Source: Mycobacteriales bacterium
GTDB taxonomy: Bacteria > Actinomycetota > Actinomycetes > DATGDX01
Direction of reading: 5' to 3'
Assembly (NCBI GenBank): GCA_035310665.1
Contig: DATGDX010000012.1
Location: 1-28,705 of the forward strand
DNA length: 28,705 nucleotides
Shown here: in pieces, positions 25,264-28,705 of the stretch
How the letters are laid out: each line of letters opens with the position of its first letter
Position numbering within the stretch: position 1 is the stretch's first letter
Made by a program: the position numbers and the translations under genes
The notes under the pieces: model-generated
What the model saw: only the letters and a program-made list of their open reading frames with translations
The model's database searches: none
Told to the model about the DNA's origin: nothing

Positions 25264-26283
25264 CTACAGACCGAGCGTCCGCAGCGCGGCGTCCACGTCC
25301 TCCGGCACCCCGCCGGCGAGCCATGACACGGCGGCGAGCGCCCGGAGACCGTCGACCGGGTCGCCGTCGCCGGCGAGACGGACCCGCCCCTCGCTCAGGT
25401 CCACGCTCCACCCGCCGCAGCGTGCCTCGCATCCCGCGGTCTCCACGGCCGGCTGCGGCCGGCACAGCGCGCCCAGGTCCCGGCCGACGTACGTCGGTCG
25501 CTCCCCCGGGCCGGCGGCCAGCAGATCGCGCGGGCGGCTCACCCCGGTGAGGACGAACAGCGAGGGCAGCCCGGCGCGGGCCGCCCCCGCGATGTCGGTG
25601 TCGAGCCGGTCACCGACCACCAGCGGGCAGCGCGCGCCGGTACGACGCACCGCCTCGGCGAACAGCGGCGGCTCCGGTTTTCCGCAGAAGGTGGGCCGAA
25701 GGCCGGTGGCCGCGGCGACGGCGGCCACGAGCGCACCGTTGCCGGGGAGCAGGCCGCGCGCCGTGGGCAGGGTGAGGTCCGGGTTCGCGGCGATCCACCG
25801 CGCCCCGGCGCGGACCGCGAGCGTCGCCTCGGCGAGATCGGCGTACGCCAGGTCGAGGCTGAGCCCCTGCAGGACCGCGACGGGAGCGTCGTCGGCCGCG
25901 CCCACGCGCTCGAGGCCGACGGCAGCGGCGGCGGCGACCAGGCCCTCCCCCCCGACCACGAGCACCCGCGCTGCGGGACCGAAGCGGGCGGCGGCGACCG
26001 CGACGGCCGCCTGCGCCGAGGTCACCACGTCGTCGGCGGTCGCGTCGACGCCCAGCGCGCGCAGGTGCGCGGCGACCTGCTCGGGGGTCCGGGAGGCGTT
26101 GTTGGTGACGAACGCGACGCGGGCGCCCGCCGCGCGGGCATCGGACAGGGCGGTCACCGCGCCGGGCGCCGCCTGGTCCCCGAGGTAGACGACGCCGTCC
26201 AGGTCCAGCAGGATCACGTCGTGGCGCCGAGCGAGCGGTTCGGCGGACCCGGGTAGCCCGGACGGGGCGGGCGCGGGTGTCAC
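25264..26283 (-). CDS. HAD-IIA family hydrolase (NagD-like, Rv1692-like)
   Basis: Motif I LLDLDGVVY, motif II FVTNNASR, motif III GKPEP, motif IV VVGDRLDTDI, and LFVLTGV. Confidence 0.94.
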   Translation of the reverse strand: MTPAPAPSGLPGSAEPLARRHDVILLDLDGVVYLGDQAAPGAVTALSDARAAGARVAFVTNNASRTPEQVAAHLRALGVDATADDVVTSAQAAVAVAAARFGPAARVLVVGGEGLVAAAAAVGLERVGAADDAPVAVLQGLSLDLAYADLAEATLAVRAGARWIAANPDLTLPTARGLLPGNGALVAAVAAATGLRPTFCGKPEPPLFAEAVRRTGARCPLVVGDRLDTDIAGAARAGLPSLFVLTGVSRPRDLLAAGPGERPTYVGRDLGALCRPQPAVETAGCEARCGGWSVDLSEGRVRLAGDGDPVDGLRALAAVSWLAGGVPEDVDAALRTLGL

Positions 26284-26687
26284 AGCCGGCGGCGCAGCCG
26301 GGCGCGAGCGTCGCGCAGCGCGGACGCGTAGTGATGGATGTCGGGACGCATGGCGACCGCGAGGGCCAGGTGTTCGACGGCGGTTCGGAGATCACCGACG
26401 CGGGCCGCGGCGAGCCCGCACCCGAACTGGGCGTAGTCGTCGGCGGGGTTCGCCTCGGTGATCCGGCGGAAGCTGTCGCGGGCCTCGGCGTACATGCGGG
26501 CGTCGAACTGCGCCCGGGCCAACGCCTCGCGGATGCTGCGCGCCTCCGGCTCGGCCTCCGCCGCGTGCGCGAGCACTTGGACGGCCGCGGCGGGGTTGCC
26601 GCTGCGCAGCAGGTCGAGGCCGCGCCGGTACCACTCGTAGACGCCCCCGCCCGGCCGTCTGTCCGCCGCGCCGTCGTGCCCCGTCAT
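26280..26687 (-). CDS. Small tetratricopeptide-repeat protein (135 aa)
   Basis: YEWYRRGLDLL..GNPAAA..L..A...EP..RSIREALARAQFD...Y..A...F......NP.DDYAQFG.G. Strong GGGAGGGGGAG SD before ATG 26687. Confidence 0.85.
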   Translation of the reverse strand: MTGHDGAADRRPGGGVYEWYRRGLDLLRSGNPAAAVQVLAHAAEAEPEARSIREALARAQFDARMYAEARDSFRRITEANPADDYAQFGCGLAAARVGDLRTAVEHLALAVAMRPDIHHYASALRDARARLRRRL

Positions 26688-26731
26688 CGGCTCCCCCTCC
26701 CGCGCCGCGCGCTGCGTCCCGGCGGTCCTTC

Positions 26732-26738
26732 TACGATG
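26732..26738. promoter_or_regulatory. Putative divergent -10 elements: TACGAT (+, toward DUF1015) overlapping CATCGT (-, toward TPR)
   Basis: The only TANNNT I found in the divergent gap. Confidence 0.45.
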
Positions 26739-26744
26739 CCCCGC

Positions 26745-26813
26745 GTGCCGGCCCAACTCACCCCGCCCGCCGCCGCGGCCCTCCCCGCCGCGGCGCGCCG
26801 GCCTGCTCGCTAG
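26745..26813 (+). other. Candidate leaderless 22-aa uORF (VPAQLTPPAAAALPAAARRPAR*) before DUF1015
   Basis: GTG lies 7 nt after TACGAT. Its TAG forms part of the TAGGAG SD of the DUF1015 gene. Confidence 0.3.
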
Positions 26814-26820
26814 GAGCGGG

Positions 26821-28077
26821 GTGTCCGAGGGGCTCGTGTTCACGCCCTTCCGCGGGCTGCGGTACGACGCCGAGCACGTCGGGTCGCTCGCCGCGGTGAC
26901 CTGCCCACCGTACGACGTGTTGGACACCCCGACCGCGGTCCGGCTGGCGGCGCACCCCCACTCGGTGGTGCGGCTGGTGCTGCCGCACACGGTCGACCCG
27001 GCGGATCCGGCACCGCACGCGGCGGCGGCGGCGCGGCTCGCCGCGTGGCGGCGCCGGGGAGTGCTGCGCACCGACCCCACCCCCGCCTTCTACGTGTACG
27101 AGGAGACCGAGGCGGGGCGGGTGCACCGCGGGGTGCTGGGTGCGCTCGCGCTGCCGCGGACCGGTTCGCCGGTCGTGCTGCCCCACGAGGCGACCCGCGA
27201 GGCGACGGTCGTCGACCGGCTCGCCCTGCTCGCCGCCACCGAGACCGACCTCGAGCCGATCCTGCTGATCCCGGACAGCGCCGGACCCGCGTTCTCGGCC
27301 GTGCTCGACGCCGGGGACGCCGCGGCGCCGGGCAGCCGAGTGCTCGCGGAGTTCCGGACGGAGGACGGTCTCGGCCATCGCCTGATCTCGGTCACGGACC
27401 CGACCGTCACCGCGGCGGTGTCCGGGGAGCTGCGGTCGACCCGCGCCCTGCTCGCCGACGGGCACCACCGGTTCGAGGCCGCCCGGCGGCTGCACCCGGA
27501 CGGGGTCACGCTCGTCCTGCTCGCCGACCCCGCGACCGCCCCGCGGGTCAACCCGATCCACCGCGTCGTGCCCGGGCTCGCCCCCGCCGCCGCCGCCGAT
27601 CGCGCCGCCGCCGCCTTCGCCGTCGAATCCCTCCCGCTCGGCGACGCGGACACGTGCGTCGAGCGGTTGCGCGGAGCCGGCGAGACGACCCGGGCGTTCG
27701 TCGTCGGCGACACCGCCGCCGCGTACCTGCTCGTCGGGCCCGACCCGCGCACGCTCGGCACGACGGTGCCGCCGGAGCGCCCGCCGGCGTGGCGCGAGCT
27801 CGACGTGGTCGTCGCCCACGCCACGCTCCTGCGGGCCCTGTGGGGGGTGCCCGACGACGAGGATCACGTGGAGGTCTCGTTCGCCGCGGGTGACGCGCTG
27901 CGCCGGGCCGCTCAGATCGGGGGGACCGCCGTCCTGCTCAACCCACCGCCCCTGGCGGCGATCAAAGCGGTCGCGGACAGCGGCGAGCTGATGCCGCGCA
28001 AGTCGACGTTCTTCACCCCCAAACCGCGGACCGGTCTCGTCCTGCGGCCGCTTCGGGACGACGTTGGGTCGCCCTAG
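26821..28077 (+). CDS. DUF1015 family protein
   Basis: PFRGLRY...PPYDV, FYVYE, LPHE, LADGHHRF, PIHRVV, LMPRKSTFFTPKPRTGLV. Confidence 0.9.
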   Translation: MSEGLVFTPFRGLRYDAEHVGSLAAVTCPPYDVLDTPTAVRLAAHPHSVVRLVLPHTVDPADPAPHAAAAARLAAWRRRGVLRTDPTPAFYVYEETEAGRVHRGVLGALALPRTGSPVVLPHEATREATVVDRLALLAATETDLEPILLIPDSAGPAFSAVLDAGDAAAPGSRVLAEFRTEDGLGHRLISVTDPTVTAAVSGELRSTRALLADGHHRFEAARRLHPDGVTLVLLADPATAPRVNPIHRVVPGLAPAAAADRAAAAFAVESLPLGDADTCVERLRGAGETTRAFVVGDTAAAYLLVGPDPRTLGTTVPPERPPAWRELDVVVAHATLLRALWGVPDDEDHVEVSFAAGDALRRAAQIGGTAVLLNPPPLAAIKAVADSGELMPRKSTFFTPKPRTGLVLRPLRDDVGSP

Positions 28078-28114
28078 CCCGGGGCCCCACCCCAGCCGTT
28101 GCCCACCGCACCGT

Positions 28115-28489
28115 TCACGACACCTGGGTGTCCCCGGCGCCGAGCCGGGCCGCCGACCGCACCTCGATCTCGCACCGGCTCACCGGCCCCGCGCTACCCC
28201 GGCAGAACCGGCGGCGCAGGGCATCGCTCACGACGACGTCACCGGTCGACCACGACAGGGCGCGCTCGCGCACGTCGTCGAGGCGGCTCACGCAGTCCAG
28301 CGTGTCGACGGTCGCCGGACGGTGGCCGGCGACGGCGGCGGCCGCGGGAACGGCGCGGGGGACGACGACCCGCCAGACGACGAGCTGGTCACCGCTGGGC
28401 AGCTGTCGCTCGAACGCGGGCGCCGCGAGCCGGCCGACGACCCGGACCTCGTTGACCATGGGCATCGCCGTGTCGGTGTCATCGTTCAC
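28115..28489 (-). CDS. Short SSB-family OB-fold protein without acidic tail
   Basis: NEVRVVGRL...ERQLPSGD.LV.WRVVV.R...VDTLDC...GDVV...LRRRF...SRCEIEV. Start uncertain (GTG 28489 behind AGGGGAGG; ATGs at 28465 and 28459). Confidence 0.75.
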   Translation of the reverse strand: MNDDTDTAMPMVNEVRVVGRLAAPAFERQLPSGDQLVVWRVVVPRAVPAAAAVAGHRPATVDTLDCVSRLDDVRERALSWSTGDVVVSDALRRRFCRGSAGPVSRCEIEVRSAARLGAGDTQVS

Positions 28490-28579
28490 CGGGTCGCCGT
28501 CCTCCCCTGTGCCGTTCGTTGCTCCCGCCGCCCTCATAGTGCGGCGCGGCGGCGGAGTGCAGGGCGTGCGCGGGACAGC

Positions 28580-28588
28580 TGTGGACAG
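28580..28588 (-). promoter_or_regulatory. DnaA-box-like 9-mer (CTGTCCACA) upstream of the SSB-like gene
   Basis: One mismatch to TTGTCCACA. About 40 nt upstream of a candidate -10, CACTAT (28541-28536). Confidence 0.35.
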
Positions 28589-28596
28589 GCGGTGCG

Positions 28597-28705
28597 TCAC
28601 CCGGATTCGTCGTCGGGCTCTTCCTCGTCGGGCTCCTCCTCGTCGAGGAAGGTCACCCCTTCGAGGTCGGCGAGCCGTTCGGCGGCGTCGGTCTCCCCCG
28701 CGCGG
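28597..28705 (-). CDS. 3' end of a conserved actinobacterial TPR-containing protein (Rv1691-like), truncated by the window edge
   Basis: ...AGETDAAERLADLEGVTFLDEEEPDEEEPDDESG*. The TDA.ER..L motif and syntenic position fit this family as I recall it. Confidence 0.6.
   Translation of the reverse strand, partial: RAGETDAAERLADLEGVTFLDEEEPDEEEPDDESG
28600..28644 (-). repeat. 15-bp tandem repeat x2-3 encoding DEEEP-DEEEP-DDESG
   Basis: Minus strand GACGAGGAGGAGCCC GACGAGGAAGAGCCC GACGACGAATCCGGG. Confidence 0.75.

Overview
Very GC-rich actinobacterial chromosomal segment, mostly on the minus strand. It follows the conserved core gene order of the M. tuberculosis Rv1691-Rv1713 region. In transcription order: TPR protein (3' end only), SSB-like gene, DUF1015 (+), small TPR protein, HAD-IIA phosphatase, SCP2 protein (+), small conserved protein, tlyA, ppnK, cyclase-family gene (+, in the slot normally holding recN), steA, steB, MraY/WecA-like transferase, MurJ-like flippase, GT4 glycosyltransferase, large AlkP-fold/multi-TM protein, pyrG, NUDIX, ald, xerD, parA, site-2-protease-like gene, scpA, scpB, rluB, aroH, tyrA, cmk, der, tRNA-Pro(GGG), CDP-alcohol phosphatidyltransferase and a mannose-1-P guanylyltransferase (5' part). 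I saw no mobile element, prophage or CRISPR array. The long ORFs in the track that do not match these genes are GC-rich shadow frames. The most interesting signals: (1) a pyrG promoter/leader with the geometry of a CTP-sensing transcription start-site switch; (2) all three promoter-less intra-operon spacers of about 40-70 nt are exactly bridged by micro-ORFs chained by RTGA stop/start overlaps; (3) a tightly coupled, uncharacterised four-gene lipid-linked glycan module attached to steAB; (4) recN absent from its usual slot, a probable CTG start for xerD, a pseudo-protease, and many short tandem duplications at gene ends. All coordinates and motifs were read by eye. No database search or folding calculation was run.
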